A DNA stretch of 64,000 bases from an uncultured Phycisphaerales bacterium (GCA_963844715.1 CAWJPJ010000003.1:39458-103457); one strand, 5' to 3'; counted from the stretch's first letter, positions 9,497 to 19,997 are shown. The notes: generated by a model from the letters alone, not told the origin. A program made the numbers and translations.

Positions 9497-10579
9497 ATGT
9501 CGAAAATGAGCGTTTCAGTGAAATCACGAACCGAAAGATCATTGCTTCGGCAGGCCGAAGCCGCAATCCGTACATGCTTGGCCGACATTCCCTTTAGCAA
9601 GATTGATGAGGTCGTTGTCGAACGCGGAACTGACGAGGGCCGCCGTGACCTTGAAATTTCCGCCCGCTTCGGAAAGCTCCGTAAGCGGCTCATCGTCGAA
9701 GCAAAGAGCAGTGGTCAACCGCGCATTGCCCGCCAGGCCGCTACGAATTTACGGCTGCTACGCCAATCCTCTCCATCCATCTACGGTATTTTCGCCGCGC
9801 CGTTCATAACTCCTGAAACCGGTGAGCAACTTGCCGAGCAAAACATCGGCTACGTTGATTTTGCGGGCAACTGTCGGCTCTGTTTCGATTCCGTTTACAT
9901 TCGCCGCGAGGGACAAGCGAATCGTTTCACCGAGAAGCGGGATCTGCGTACATTATATTCACCGTGCGCTGAAAGCGTATTGCGTGTGCTGCTGGGCGAT
10001 CCCAAGCGCTTTTGGAAGGTTCAGGAATTGGCCACCGCCGCCGGCGTCAGCTTGGGGTTGGTCTCAAACGTCAAAGGTTTGCTGGAGGCGCGCGAATGGC
10101 TGGCGTCCGGCGAGGGCGGCATGAAGCTTGCCCAATCTCGAAAGCTTCTCGACGAATGGCGTGGCGTCTATCGGCTCGACCGAAGCCGCCGATTCGATTT
10201 CTTCACCTTGGATTCAATCGCCACTATCGAGCAAAAGCTCGCCGCCGCCTGCAAGCGGCAATCGGCCCGCTATGCGCTGGCGGCATTCTCGGCGGCGGCG
10301 CGATACGCACCGGCTGTCCGTTACCAGCGAGTTTTTGCCTACGTCGATGCTGACGTCGACGCCCTTGCCAAAGCGCTGTCTCTCAAGCCGGTGGACAGTG
10401 GTGCCAATGTGACGTTGATGGAACCGTATGACCAGGGCGTATATCTGGACAGGCGGGAGATCGAGGGCTGTACGATTACTTCACCGCCACAAACCTATTT
10501 GGACCTTTTCAGCCTGCGCGGCCGCGGCGAGGAAGCCGCTGATTTCCTGTTGAATAACGTCATGGAGCCAGCATGGTAG
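9497..10579 (+). CDS. Type IV TA antitoxin, AbiEi family
   Basis: VEAKSSGQPR...GYVDFAGNCRL N-domain, HTH (WKVQELATAAGVSLGLVSNV), C-terminal GANVTL...SPPQTYLDL...RGEEAA. Overlaps the downstream NTase gene. Confidence 0.8.
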   Translation: MSKMSVSVKSRTERSLLRQAEAAIRTCLADIPFSKIDEVVVERGTDEGRRDLEISARFGKLRKRLIVEAKSSGQPRIARQAATNLRLLRQSSPSIYGIFAAPFITPETGEQLAEQNIGYVDFAGNCRLCFDSVYIRREGQANRFTEKRDLRTLYSPCAESVLRVLLGDPKRFWKVQELATAAGVSLGLVSNVKGLLEAREWLASGEGGMKLAQSRKLLDEWRGVYRLDRSRRFDFFTLDSIATIEQKLAAACKRQSARYALAAFSAAARYAPAVRYQRVFAYVDADVDALAKALSLKPVDSGANVTLMEPYDQGVYLDRREIEGCTITSPPQTYLDLFSLRGRGEEAADFLLNNVMEPAW

Positions 10580-11400
10580 GCAGCCGCATCGACTATCCCG
10601 ATCTGGCCACGGAAGCCGCCCGCATGGTGATGCTGGAATTGGTGCGCATCCTGGGCGAATACAAGGATTCCATGGCCATCGTCGGCGGTTGGGTGCCGGA
10701 ACTACTGTTTGCGAACGCCCAGCCCAAACACATCGGCAGCATCGACGTGGATATCGCGCTCGATCATCGCACGATCGATGCCGAGGTATACCGGACGATC
10801 CGCGAACACCTGGCCAGACATGGTTATGAAGAAGGGCCACAGCCGTTCATCTTCTTTCGCACCGTGACCGTCGGCAGCCAAGCGATCAAAGTGCAGGTGG
10901 ATTTCCTGGCGGGCGAATACCAGGGCACAGGCAAAAGCCACCGCCATCAAACTGTGCAAACTTTGAAGGCCCGCAAGGCGCGCGGCAGCGACCTCGTATT
11001 CAAGATGTCCGAGCAGGTCAGAATAGAAGGCCACCTTCCCAGCGGTGCTGCCGATTCAGCCATGGTCAAAGTCGCTGGCATCGTCCCATTCATCGTGATG
11101 AAGGCAATGGCGCTGGCAGACCGCCTCAAGGCCAAGGATGCGTGGGATCTATGGTTCTGCCTGACAAACTTCGCCGGCGGCAATGCGGCGCTGGCCCTCG
11201 CATTCCAGCCCCACCTCCACAATAAGCTGGTGCAAGAAGCTCTGACAAAGATCGCAGACAAATTCCAATCGCCCGCCCATTTCGGCCCCCAAGCCGTGGC
11301 GGATTTCGACGACCTCCCGCCAGGCGACGACCGCGATCTGCGAATCCGAGATGCGTTTGAGCGGGTCGATGATTTGCTCCGCAGGCTTGAGGTTCGGTAG
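10573..11400 (+). CDS. Nucleotidyltransferase toxin, AbiEii-like
   Basis: IVGGWVPELL...HIGSIDVDIAL (GG...DxD) and MKAMALADRLKAKDAWDL. Confidence 0.8.
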   Translation: MVGSRIDYPDLATEAARMVMLELVRILGEYKDSMAIVGGWVPELLFANAQPKHIGSIDVDIALDHRTIDAEVYRTIREHLARHGYEEGPQPFIFFRTVTVGSQAIKVQVDFLAGEYQGTGKSHRHQTVQTLKARKARGSDLVFKMSEQVRIEGHLPSGAADSAMVKVAGIVPFIVMKAMALADRLKAKDAWDLWFCLTNFAGGNAALALAFQPHLHNKLVQEALTKIADKFQSPAHFGPQAVADFDDLPPGDDRDLRIRDAFERVDDLLRRLEVR

Positions 11401-11515
11401 TCGGCGGTGATTGCGAGCAACGCGGCATTTTCATGCCCACAACGCGACCAAATGCGCCGCTTCTCGATGACGGGATGCTTGCCCCAGAACTCGAAAAAGC
11501 CGCAAGCCGCTCGAA

Positions 11516-11719
11516 TCACGCCAGCGCTAGCCGAGTTGCTTCATCTATGGCTTTTTCACGAGTTGGAGATATTCCACTTCCTCGCACCGCCCCATTCTTA
11601 TCAACCAATCGCCAACCATATTCGTCGGGCGCGAAGTATGTCTTGCCATCAAACCACGGCCCGCCAGCAGGGGTGAGATCGATACAAGACCCACTATCAA
11701 GTTTGAGTGTTTCCGTCAT
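11516..11719 (-). CDS. Small hypothetical protein
   Basis: 67-aa ORF starting 3 bp after the upstream ORF. Protein-like composition. Confidence 0.5.
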   Translation of the reverse strand: MTETLKLDSGSCIDLTPAGGPWFDGKTYFAPDEYGWRLVDKNGAVRGSGISPTREKAIDEATRLALA

Positions 11720-11722
11720 AGC

Positions 11723-11944
11723 TTACCGTGCCTTGCGGACCAGTCGGCCCGCTTTACGGGCGTTTGCCAGCGCGCGCCAAAATTCGTGCCGCGATATTTG
11801 GCGCTCCGATCGTGTCACAAATTCGCTGTAGAGCTGCTCGAATTCGGCAGTGTACGGAAGGTCATCGAGAGTCCTGGGACTTCTGGCGTATAGCTCGCCG
11901 ACAAGCGATGTATGACCACGACTCACATTTGAATTTGTTCCCAC
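11723..11944 (-). CDS. Small basic hypothetical protein
   Basis: 73 aa, RTLDDLPYTAEFEQLY...WRALANARKAGRL. GAGG RBS-like sequence at the GTG start. Confidence 0.6.
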   Translation of the reverse strand: MGTNSNVSRGHTSLVGELYARSPRTLDDLPYTAEFEQLYSEFVTRSERQISRHEFWRALANARKAGRLVRKAR

Positions 11945-11991
11945 CTCAATTTTATCGCCAGTCTAAACGGGTGACTTTGGAGGTTCTCGGG

Positions 11992-12104
11992 TATTCAGCC
12001 ACTGCCTCACCATTCCGCAAATGATAGTTACCGCCAAACTGATATATTCGCAGTTGACTATCATTTATGGGATTGATACAGTTAATGAGGTAATAATGGA
12101 ATGC
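11992..12104 (+). repeat. 113-bp direct repeat, copy 1
   Basis: Identical by eye to 59294-59406 (TATTCAGCCACTGCC...AATAATGGAATGC). AT-rich, with internal IR AAATGATAGT/ACTATCATTT. Confidence 0.95.
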
Positions 12105-12544
12105 CAAATTAAGCCGGATTCCAACGCCAAGCCGCAATTCACTCAGGCCAATTCCGCCGCTGTCTCTGCTTGCGGCGGATTCACGTTCAACCTCAGCAGC
12201 GCCAAATTTGACGACATTGGCAACGGCCTCCTGTCCCCGGCTGGATCGGATTTTGATTACACCTCCGGCAATCTGTCACCCCGCGTCCTGCAGGCCTTGC
12301 TGACCCAATCGAGCGATGTAACCTCGGACTGGAGAAGCAGCAATCCCGCGGATGATTTGTTGATCGATTCCGGCCCCACGAGCGGCGAGCCGTTTGCTGG
12401 CGCTGCCCTGAAGAAATCCCCCGAAGGTGTTTCCAGCGAAGTCTCTCTCCCCGCGGCGTCCTGGCAGAGCCTGCCCCTTTTGGTGCTCATCGCCGTCCTT
12501 CCCGCCGCGCAAAAAAGTTGGCCAAATCACGCTCCCGGGCTTAA
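12105..12544 (+). pseudogene. 5'-truncated surface protein with VPLPA/PEP-CTERM-like sorting tail
   Basis: S/G/D-rich segment, then EVSLPAASWQSLPLLVLIAV (TM), then in an adjacent frame the basic tail RAKKLAKSRSRA*. No signal peptide; coding-like sequence begins at the repeat. Confidence 0.45.
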
Positions 12545-12603
12545 TCGCAACCCCGATTTACGACGTGGCATTATTTCTCCGTACCCGCTATGAAAGACGG
12601 GGA

Positions 12604-13173
12604 ATGCACCGGCGCTTGTCTAAAAATTTATTGCTGCTGTTCGTCGCGTTGGCCATGACCGGTTGCGCCTCCACCCCCAAAGCGCCTTCCGAAAATGGCG
12701 GAATGTTCCGCCGGCGGAATGAAGGCTACAGCCTGCTCTATAAACTGATGAGCGATGAGAGCCAGGTCAGTGGGATATTCATTTTGAAACATGCGGATGA
12801 TTCGGTAGGCAATGTCGTGAGGGACGTCGCCCATTTCTGTCAGTACGCCAAGACCCAGATGGACGGGTTTCCCAACACTGACAACCGCATCGAATACGAT
12901 GTGCCTGATTTACCCAGGATGGAACAGGATTCCCGCGACCTGACCGCCAAGGAAGTTGAACACGAACTGCTCGGCTCGAGCGGAAAAGAATTCGAGCTGA
13001 ATCTGATATTCACGCAGGCCCAGGCGATGGAATATGCCGTGCAGTTAGCCACGGCCCTCCAGCCCATCGAGGACGATCCGGTCCGCCATAATTTCCTGGT
13101 CTACGTCTGCGCAACAATGCGACGAACTTCACAGCCGGCTTATGGCATTGCTCGAAGTGAAACCTTAAATTGA
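12604..13173 (+). CDS. Lipoprotein, hypothetical
   Basis: MHRRLSKNLLLLFVALAMTGC lipobox. The C-terminus is probably frameshifted (alternative end QQCDELHSRLMALLEVKP*). Confidence 0.7.
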   Translation: MHRRLSKNLLLLFVALAMTGCASTPKAPSENGGMFRRRNEGYSLLYKLMSDESQVSGIFILKHADDSVGNVVRDVAHFCQYAKTQMDGFPNTDNRIEYDVPDLPRMEQDSRDLTAKEVEHELLGSSGKEFELNLIFTQAQAMEYAVQLATALQPIEDDPVRHNFLVYVCATMRRTSQPAYGIARSETLN

Positions 13174-13210
13174 CTACCCCCTTGGGCGCGTTAAGATTCC
13201 CGCTACGATC

Positions 13211-13283
<73 letters not shown>

Positions 13284-13326
13284 TTGAAATCTAAGTTCGG
13301 CCAAGCTACCCCACCATCCAAAACGA

Positions 13327-14343
13327 TCAATAAGTTTCATAGGTGAGGGTCGGATTCGCGCGAAAGACGCGATGGATCAGAGCTGTGTAGGCGATGACCA
13401 ATGGCATGCCGAGCAAGGCTATTACCAGCATCACTTCCAGTGTCCGACTACTGGAGGAACTGTTGTAAATCGTGAGGCTGGCGCTTGGGTCATTCAGGCA
13501 GGGAAGAAGGCGGGGGAACAGCCCAATGGCGGCGAGGGTCATCATCAGGCAGATGAGCGCTGAAGAAGCTGCAAACGTCCGGCCGTAATGACCGGATTTT
13601 AAACCGATCGGAATATAGACCGCGGCGCCGATGAGAAGAAGACCGACAGGCCAGGTCAGCGGCCTTGTGTAGATCGACTGGGTCAGGGATGGCGCCCATA
13701 TCAAGGTAGCGCAGGTGACTACCAGAAACATAAATATGGCGACGGCCCAGGAGGAAATTGCCATAGCCGCCAGCCCGAATCGGGCCTGTTCATCGACTTT
13801 TCCGGCCAGATAAATCGCGCCGTGCATGAAGAAGATGGATACGCCGAGTATGCCAACGAGGAGCGCATAAGGATTGAGAAGATCGAAAAACGAACCCGCG
13901 TAGGATCCATCGGTGGTGAAGGCCACGCCGCGGAGAACATTCCCGAACGCCACGCCGAATAGCAAAGCCAGAAGAAAACTGCTGGTTCCGAAGGCGGTAT
14001 CCCAGATTGTTCGCCAGCGCGGGCGATCGACCAATCCGCGGAATTCGATTGAGACGGCGCGAAATATCAGCGCGGCCAGCACGAGCATCAGCGCGAGATA
14101 AAATCCGCTGAAGACGGTTGCGTAGACGATGGGGAATGCGGCAAAGAGCGCGCCGCCGGCGGTCAGGAGCCAGACTTCGTTGCCGTCCCAAACCGGGGCG
14201 ATGGCGTTGATGAAACTTTTGCGGGTCTTGTCATCGCCATGCAGCAGATGGAGCATGCCGACGCCCAGATCGAATCCATCCAGTACGGCATATCCGCCCA
14301 GAAGAACGAAGACAAGAACAAACCAAATGGCGTTGAGGGTCAT
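13327..14343 (-). CDS. cydB: Cytochrome bd quinol oxidase subunit II
   Basis: YAVLDGFDLGVG, PVWDGNEVWL and FRAVSIEFR. ATGA overlap with cydA. Confidence 0.97.
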   Translation of the reverse strand: MTLNAIWFVLVFVLLGGYAVLDGFDLGVGMLHLLHGDDKTRKSFINAIAPVWDGNEVWLLTAGGALFAAFPIVYATVFSGFYLALMLVLAALIFRAVSIEFRGLVDRPRWRTIWDTAFGTSSFLLALLFGVAFGNVLRGVAFTTDGSYAGSFFDLLNPYALLVGILGVSIFFMHGAIYLAGKVDEQARFGLAAMAISSWAVAIFMFLVVTCATLIWAPSLTQSIYTRPLTWPVGLLLIGAAVYIPIGLKSGHYGRTFAASSALICLMMTLAAIGLFPRLLPCLNDPSASLTIYNSSSSSRTLEVMLVIALLGMPLVIAYTALIHRVFRANPTLTYETY

Positions 14344-15728
14344 GCGCGCACCAGATTCCTTTCATCAGAGCCGGTGGCGCTGGGAACGGTCGAGCGAATT
14401 TTGCCGGCCGCCATGTCCGGGCCCTCGCGAATTTTTCTGACCAACAAAAATACATAGAGCGTTCCCAGGATCAGGTAGATAACGCTGAACAATATGATGG
14501 AAAAGAGCACCACTGCGGCCGAGAGGTTTGAGGAATAGGCATCGGCGGTGCGGAACACGCCATAAACGGCCCAGGGTTGGCGACCGATTTCAGCGGCCAT
14601 CCAGCCGAGCTCGCAAGCCGCAAGCGGGAGAGGGATCGAAATCACCAGGAGCCGAAGGAATCGAGGGCTGTCGAACAGCCTCCCGCGCGCCAGTTTAATC
14701 GTGCCCCACACCATCACGACGATAAAATAGAGCCCCAAAACCACCATATTGTGGAACGAAACGAAAGTCATCCAAAGAGGAGGAATATCAGCGGCGGGAA
14801 ATTCGTTGATGCCTTTGATCTTGGCGTTAACGTTGCCGAAGGCCATCCAACTCAATAGCCCCGGCACCTCGGCGGTGTCCTTGAGCGTTGGAGGCTTGGT
14901 GAAGGGAACGGCAAACATGACCAGCGGCGCGGCGTTTTGACTGGTGTAAAGTCCTTCAATTGCCGCGAATTTGGCCGGCTGGGTGTGTGCGACCTGCTTG
15001 GCGTGCATGTGTCCGAACGGAAAGACCTCCATCACGCTGACGATGACTCCGAAAGTAATCGCCAGCTTGAGCGTATAGCGTCCGACCACATTAGCGCGAT
15101 CTTTCAGCAATACCGCCGCCGAAACCCCGGCCATGAAAAACGCTCCCGTAACGAAGGCGGCGAACATCGTGTGAAAGAAGCGGGGCCACATTGAAGGGTT
15201 GAACACGGCCGCATAAAAGCTGGTCAGCTCGGCGCGCCCGTTGTGGATGACGTAACCAGCCGGGGTCTGCATCCAGGAGTTGGCCGCCAAAATCCAGAAC
15301 GCCGAAAGCGTTGATCCGAACGCGACCATCAGGATCGCCACGAAATGCCATTTCTTGGCGATTCGGTCGCGGCCGAACAGATAAAGTCCCAAAAATCCAC
15401 TTTCGAGAAAGAAGGCGAAGACTCCCTCGGCGGCAAGCGGCGCCCCGAAGATATCGCCCACGAATTTGGAATATCGCGACCAGTTGGTCCCAAACTGAAA
15501 TTCCATTGGAATGCCGGTTGCGACGCCGACAACGAAAGTCAGCGCCAGCAGCTTTCCGAAGAAGCGTCCCGCCGCGTCGGCGACCGGGTCGTTGCGTCTC
15601 CAGGCGCGCCATTCCACGATCACCAGCAGCCACGCCAACCCGATGCTGATGGGCGGAAAAAGGAAATGGAATGCGGCGGTCAGGGCGAATTGAATTCTGC
15701 AGAGCGTTCCGACATCCAACCCATTCAT
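14340..15728 (-). CDS. cydA: Cytochrome bd quinol oxidase subunit I
   Basis: QFALTAAFHFLF, MEFQFGTNWS, EGVFAFFLES, ANSWMQTP, QPAKFAAIEG and GWMAAEIGRQPW. Confidence 0.97.
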   Translation of the reverse strand: MNGLDVGTLCRIQFALTAAFHFLFPPISIGLAWLLVIVEWRAWRRNDPVADAAGRFFGKLLALTFVVGVATGIPMEFQFGTNWSRYSKFVGDIFGAPLAAEGVFAFFLESGFLGLYLFGRDRIAKKWHFVAILMVAFGSTLSAFWILAANSWMQTPAGYVIHNGRAELTSFYAAVFNPSMWPRFFHTMFAAFVTGAFFMAGVSAAVLLKDRANVVGRYTLKLAITFGVIVSVMEVFPFGHMHAKQVAHTQPAKFAAIEGLYTSQNAAPLVMFAVPFTKPPTLKDTAEVPGLLSWMAFGNVNAKIKGINEFPAADIPPLWMTFVSFHNMVVLGLYFIVVMVWGTIKLARGRLFDSPRFLRLLVISIPLPLAACELGWMAAEIGRQPWAVYGVFRTADAYSSNLSAAVVLFSIILFSVIYLILGTLYVFLLVRKIREGPDMAAGKIRSTVPSATGSDERNLVRA

Positions 15729-15744
15729 TGTTCAGTTCCTTTAT

Positions 15745-16189
15745 TAATTTCCGGAATTCCCATGAACGCCCAGTTGTCCTAGCGCAAATGACCGAACGCG
15801 CGCAATCAGACTGTGGAGTTGCGATTGGCCCCGGATTGGAAAGCGAGACGATATGCTCGCAGATCGCCAATGCTTCGGAAATCAGGTGCAAATTGGGTAT
15901 GGATATTGGCGTGGATTGGTCATGAGAAGTCTCCGCCGCCGAGTCGCAAAGCATCTTGAGAACAAATTCCTCATATCCGGCGGGGGGCTTGGCGTGGTGC
16001 CGTTCTAGAAACCGGCCCAATCGCGGCAGTTGACGGAACAGCGCAGGCGCCTTCGCACGAGTGCGGCGCGATATACTGAAATGGATCGCCGGACGATGAG
16101 ACGGGACGGCATTGCGAGCAAACCTGTGCCCGCAAGCCCAGTTTCATCCATCCCGTTGAAAACGATTTGTTCACGATAGTCGCCTTCAC
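15745..16189 (-). CDS. Cys-rich hypothetical protein (frameshifted; boundaries approximate)
   Basis: RAQVCSQC...HSCEGAC continues in another frame as LPRLGRFLERHH...KMLCD...LAICEHIV. Fills the gap between the hypB-like gene and cydA. Confidence 0.45.
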
Positions 16190-16201
16190 TCGTTTGGGTC
16201 A

Positions 16202-16915
16202 CTATCCGATAAACTGTTCCGTTGATTCGTCACGAGAATCGCCTCGTGGCCTGATCTGCGCCTTGGCGGTGCGCATGTGGTCAAGCCAGTCGAGCCAGAA
16301 GTGGATGCCCGCCCCGGTCGTTGATGAAATTTCGAAAACATCCGCGGAGGGATTGAATCCGCGAACATCCCTGCGGAAGATTTCCTGGTCGAATCTGACC
16401 AGGGGGAACAAATCAATTTTCGTCAGAAGAATCGCCGAGGCGCTGCTCAGGAGCGTGTGGTATTCGGCGGCCTTATCGTCGCCGCCGCTGACGGCAAAGA
16501 CGGCGGCTGTCGCGTCCTGGCCCAGATCCAGCAGGTTGGCCAAACCTCCGGCGGCCTCGATCAAAAGGGTGTCGAAATCTTGCAGCTTGAGTTCGGACAG
16601 AGCGCGCCAGATGGAAGCGGCGTCGGGAACGGCGGCGTCGACGTGCGCGACATGGCCGCAGAGTTTCTGCAACCGCGCGGCGTCGCGATCCGAAGCGGGG
16701 TTGACCACGATTACCGCCACCCGCTTGGGCGCCGGCAGGCTGTTCAAGGCCGCCTCAATCAGCGCCGTTTTGCCGGAGCCGGGATGTCCGATGATGCGGA
16801 TTCCCAGGACGTTTGCCTGTTTCAATGCTTTGCGAATCAGCGCGGCGGGCGGGGGTCGGCCGACGTTTCGTTCTTCCGCGGCGCTGCCGACTTTGCTTTG
16901 AGTGAATTGCGTCAT
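16202..16915 (-). CDS. HypB-like P-loop GTPase lacking metal-binding Cys/His
   Basis: GHPGSGKT, LIEAAGG..LLDLGQ, GGDDKAAEY and LLTKIDL. No GCH and no ENVGNLxCP. Confidence 0.8.
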   Translation of the reverse strand: MTQFTQSKVGSAAEERNVGRPPPAALIRKALKQANVLGIRIIGHPGSGKTALIEAALNSLPAPKRVAVIVVNPASDRDAARLQKLCGHVAHVDAAVPDAASIWRALSELKLQDFDTLLIEAAGGLANLLDLGQDATAAVFAVSGGDDKAAEYHTLLSSASAILLTKIDLFPLVRFDQEIFRRDVRGFNPSADVFEISSTTGAGIHFWLDWLDHMRTAKAQIRPRGDSRDESTEQFIG

Positions 16916-16922
16916 GGTGCAC

Positions 16923-17621
16923 CTACCGTTTGGGGATATGAATGAACGGATCAAACATGCGAGGTGATCGATTGTGGGAATGATTGGGCGACACATGCGA
17001 TTCCACCCACTCGGCCCAGAGGTCTATGCCCTTATCGGAGGCAACGGACGACTGGATGACCGGCATTTTGGGTTTAATGCGCAAGACGTCCTGGATGAAC
17101 ACGTTCAAATCAAATTTCACCAGAGGAAGCAGGTCGATTTTGTTGAGAATGACCAGGTCGGATCCGGCGACGAGGAATGGATATTCCGTGGCCTTATCGT
17201 CACCCCCGGCGACGCTGAAGACGGAGGCGCGGAAATGCTGGCCAAGATCGAATTCCACGGGACTATAGGAACTGCCTTCGGATTCGATCAGCAGCAGGTC
17301 AAGTTCGCTGAGATTCAATTGAGTCAGCGCCTGGCGGACATTGATGGCGGCGAGGCTATCGGTAACCAGCGGGATCACCTTGCAGCGATGGCGGGCGATG
17401 CGCTGGACCTGCCGTTCGGCGGCGAGTTCGGCGACGATGGCGGCGGTGCGAATTCGCGGATTCAACCGCGACAGCAGCGCCTCAGTCAGCGCGGTTTTTC
17501 CCGAACCTGCCGGACCGACCAGACTGATGGCAACCACGCCCGCGGCGGTCAATCTCGCGCGGTTCTCGCGGGCGATTGGATCGTTGAGATCAAATCTGGT
17601 TTTCAAGGTTACCGTGTCCAT
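16923..17621 (-). CDS. Second HypB-like P-loop GTPase lacking metal-binding Cys/His
   Basis: ARENRARL...GPAGSGKT, LIESEGSSYSPVEFDLG, GGDDKATEYP and ILNKIDL. No GCH and no CP cysteine. Confidence 0.82.
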   Translation of the reverse strand: MDTVTLKTRFDLNDPIARENRARLTAAGVVAISLVGPAGSGKTALTEALLSRLNPRIRTAAIVAELAAERQVQRIARHRCKVIPLVTDSLAAINVRQALTQLNLSELDLLLIESEGSSYSPVEFDLGQHFRASVFSVAGGDDKATEYPFLVAGSDLVILNKIDLLPLVKFDLNVFIQDVLRIKPKMPVIQSSVASDKGIDLWAEWVESHVSPNHSHNRSPRMFDPFIHIPKR

Positions 17622-17637
17622 AATTCCACCTGCTGCA

Positions 17638-18078
17638 TTACGACTGCTGATGCGGCCCCTGCGGCGCTCGGTCAATCTCTTTCCGCAACTGATTGTGCCG
17701 GGTCAGCGTCGCGCGGTCGTTCCATAAAACGAGCGAGCAAATGATGAGCATCCAGATCGGCAGCGTCGGCAGGGCAAGCTCCGGTCGGGTCAACGCAAGT
17801 ATCGCGCCCGACAACAGCGCGGAGATTCCAATTCCGAAGCGGACCATGCGTCCAATACGAAAACGACGAGCGCGCATCTCCGACTCGACGGAAAAACGCG
17901 GCGCTTCACTTTCGAGTCTCCTGTCTGTTCCAAACAGAGCCTTCCGATTCGAAGCCGATCGCCAAACTCTCGTCCGATGACGTCCTTGGCGCGATCGACG
18001 CAGCGAAACAAAGTGCGCAAAGCGATCGTCCCGTTTATCGGAATCAATCGAGTCTGATGCTGTCGTGTCGCTTCGCAT
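17638..18078 (-). CDS. Small membrane protein (2 predicted TM segments)
   Basis: FGIGISALLSGAILAL and LPIWMLIICSLVLW. Tightly packed between pckG and the hypB-like gene. Confidence 0.55.
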   Translation of the reverse strand: MRSDTTASDSIDSDKRDDRFAHFVSLRRSRQGRHRTRVWRSASNRKALFGTDRRLESEAPRFSVESEMRARRFRIGRMVRFGIGISALLSGAILALTRPELALPTLPIWMLIICSLVLWNDRATLTRHNQLRKEIDRAPQGPHQQS

Positions 18079-18096
18079 AAGTCTCTCTTGCAAGGC

Positions 18097-19902
18097 TCAC
18101 AGCCGGCTGACCAGCAACTCCTTCTGGAAGATCATTTCCTTCGGCAAATCGCCGGCCAGTTTCAGGAACAATTCCTCCTGTCCGAGGATTTCCGCTTTGA
18201 AAGTCTCGAGATCGACCTTCTGCACGGCATCAAAATCGGCTTGCGAGATGTTCAACCCTTCCAGGTCGATATCCCCGCCGCGCGGCATCCAACCCAGCGG
18301 CGTCTCCACCGCGTACGCGCGGCCGTTGCAGCGGTCGATGATCCATTTGAGGATGCGGACGTTTTCGCCGTAGCCGGGCCAGACGAATTCGCCCTTGTCG
18401 TTCTTTCTAAACCAATTGACATGGAAGATGCGCGGGCAATCCGTCATCTTCTTCCGCATGCGGAACCAGTGGACGAGATAGTCGCGAATGTTGTAGCCAA
18501 TGAACGGGAGCATGGCCATCGGGTCGCGGCGAACAACTCCGACCTGCCCGCCGGCGGCGGCGGTCGTTTCGCTTCCCAGAGTCGCGCCGACGTAAACACC
18601 GTGCATCCAGTTGAAGGCCTGGAAAACCAGGGGAAGCGTTTTGGCGCGGCGTCCGCCGAAGATGATGGCGGAAATCTCGACGCCGTTGGGGTCGTCCGCC
18701 GCCTGATCCAGCGCCGGATTGTTAATCATCGGTGCGGTAAACCTGCTATTAGGATGGGCGGCCTTGGACCCCGAGGCGGGCGTCCAAGGCTTGCCCATCC
18801 AGTCGAGGCACTGTGCGGGCGCCTCGGCCGTCTTCCCCTCCCACCAGACGTCATTATCCGGGAGCAGCGCGACGTTCGTGAAGATCGTGTCGTGGCTCAT
18901 GCACGCGATGGCGTTGGGATTGGTCTTCTCGTTCGTTCCCGGCACTACGCCGAAATAACCCGCCTCCGGGTTGATGGCCCGCAGCCGGCCGGTCTTTTCG
19001 TCAACCCACATCCAGGCGATGTCGTCGCCGATCGTGGTCACCTTCCATCCCGCCTCGCGATATTTTTTCGGGGGAATCAGCATGGCAAAATTCGTTTTCC
19101 CGCAAGCGCTGGGGAAGGCCGCGGCAACGTAGGTTTTTTTGCCCTGGACGCTCACGCCGCTGATCAGCATGTGCTCGGCCATCCAGCCCTGTTGCTGGCC
19201 GAGAAAGCTGGCAATTCGCAGCGCCAGGCATTTCTTGCCCAGCAGCGCATTGCCGCCGTAACCGCTGCCGAAGCTCCAGACCGTGTTATCCAGCGGAAAA
19301 TGGCAGATAAAGCGCCGCTGCGGGTCGCATTCGCCGACGCTGTGCAGGCATCGCGTGAAGTCTTCGCTTTCGCCAAGCTGTTTCCACGCCACGTTGCCCA
19401 TGCGGGTCATGATCCCCATGTTCACCGCCACGTAGACGGAGTCGGTCAGTTGAATCCCGACCTTGGCCAGCGGCGAACCGATCGGTCCCATGACGAACGG
19501 GATGACGTACATCGTTCGTCCCTTCATGCAGCCGTTGAACAAACCCTTGAGTTTTCCGTACGCGGCCCTGGGTTCCATCCAATTGTTGGTCGGTCCGCAC
19601 ATGTCCTGGCTGGGTGTGCAGATGAAGGTGCATTGTTCGGTTCGCGCGACGTCATTGGGGTTGCTGCGATGCAAATAGCAGCCCGGACGCTTCTCCTGAT
19701 TGAGCGGGATCAGCACGCCTTCGCGAACGCCTTGCTCGATCAATTCCCGCCTGTCGCTCGCGCTGCCGTTGCAGACATGAATTTTGTCAGGCTGGCAAAG
19801 GGCGACGCATTCATCGATCCACTGCTGAACATTCGACGGTTCAGCCGGCGCGGATTTTCTATCGCGAGCCTTGCGAACGGGGGGTGCTGTGAGGACTGCC
19901 AT
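18097..19902 (-). CDS. pckG: Phosphoenolpyruvate carboxykinase (GTP)
   Basis: [52 protein letters not shown] and [10 protein letters not shown]. Confidence 0.97.
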   Translation of the reverse strand: MAVLTAPPVRKARDRKSAPAEPSNVQQWIDECVALCQPDKIHVCNGSASDRRELIEQGVREGVLIPLNQEKRPGCYLHRSNPNDVARTEQCTFICTPSQDMCGPTNNWMEPRAAYGKLKGLFNGCMKGRTMYVIPFVMGPIGSPLAKVGIQLTDSVYVAVNMGIMTRMGNVAWKQLGESEDFTRCLHSVGECDPQRRFICHFPLDNTVWSFGSGYGGNALLGKKCLALRIASFLGQQQGWMAEHMLISGVSVQGKKTYVAAAFPSACGKTNFAMLIPPKKYREAGWKVTTIGDDIAWMWVDEKTGRLRAINPEAGYFGVVPGTNEKTNPNAIACMSHDTIFTNVALLPDNDVWWEGKTAEAPAQCLDWMGKPWTPASGSKAAHPNSRFTAPMINNPALDQAADDPNGVEISAIIFGGRRAKTLPLVFQAFNWMHGVYVGATLGSETTAAAGGQVGVVRRDPMAMLPFIGYNIRDYLVHWFRMRKKMTDCPRIFHVNWFRKNDKGEFVWPGYGENVRILKWIIDRCNGRAYAVETPLGWMPRGGDIDLEGLNISQADFDAVQKVDLETFKAEILGQEELFLKLAGDLPKEMIFQKELLVSRL

Positions 19903-19997
19903 AACGATTTCCTTCGCTAAGCCGGATTTCATTTCCGGCGGGTAAATATTGACGCCTTCAAATCCGGGCCGAAGATGTCCGATCAAGGAGCGTTGTC

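Noticed and set aside
11992..12104. Known riboswitch, dif site or integron attC in the 113-bp repeat
   Set aside because: No match by eye to the consensus features I know. An Rfam/Infernal search is needed to exclude it formally.
18088..19920. Long antisense ORFs (e.g. 18088-19920 +, 36561-38504 -, 40505-41677 +)
   Set aside because: Shadow frames opposite well-supported genes in high-GC DNA.
19949..19962. FNR box upstream of pckG (TTGACGCCTTCAA)
   Set aside because: Spacing is TTGA-N5-TCAA, not the N6 of the FNR consensus.
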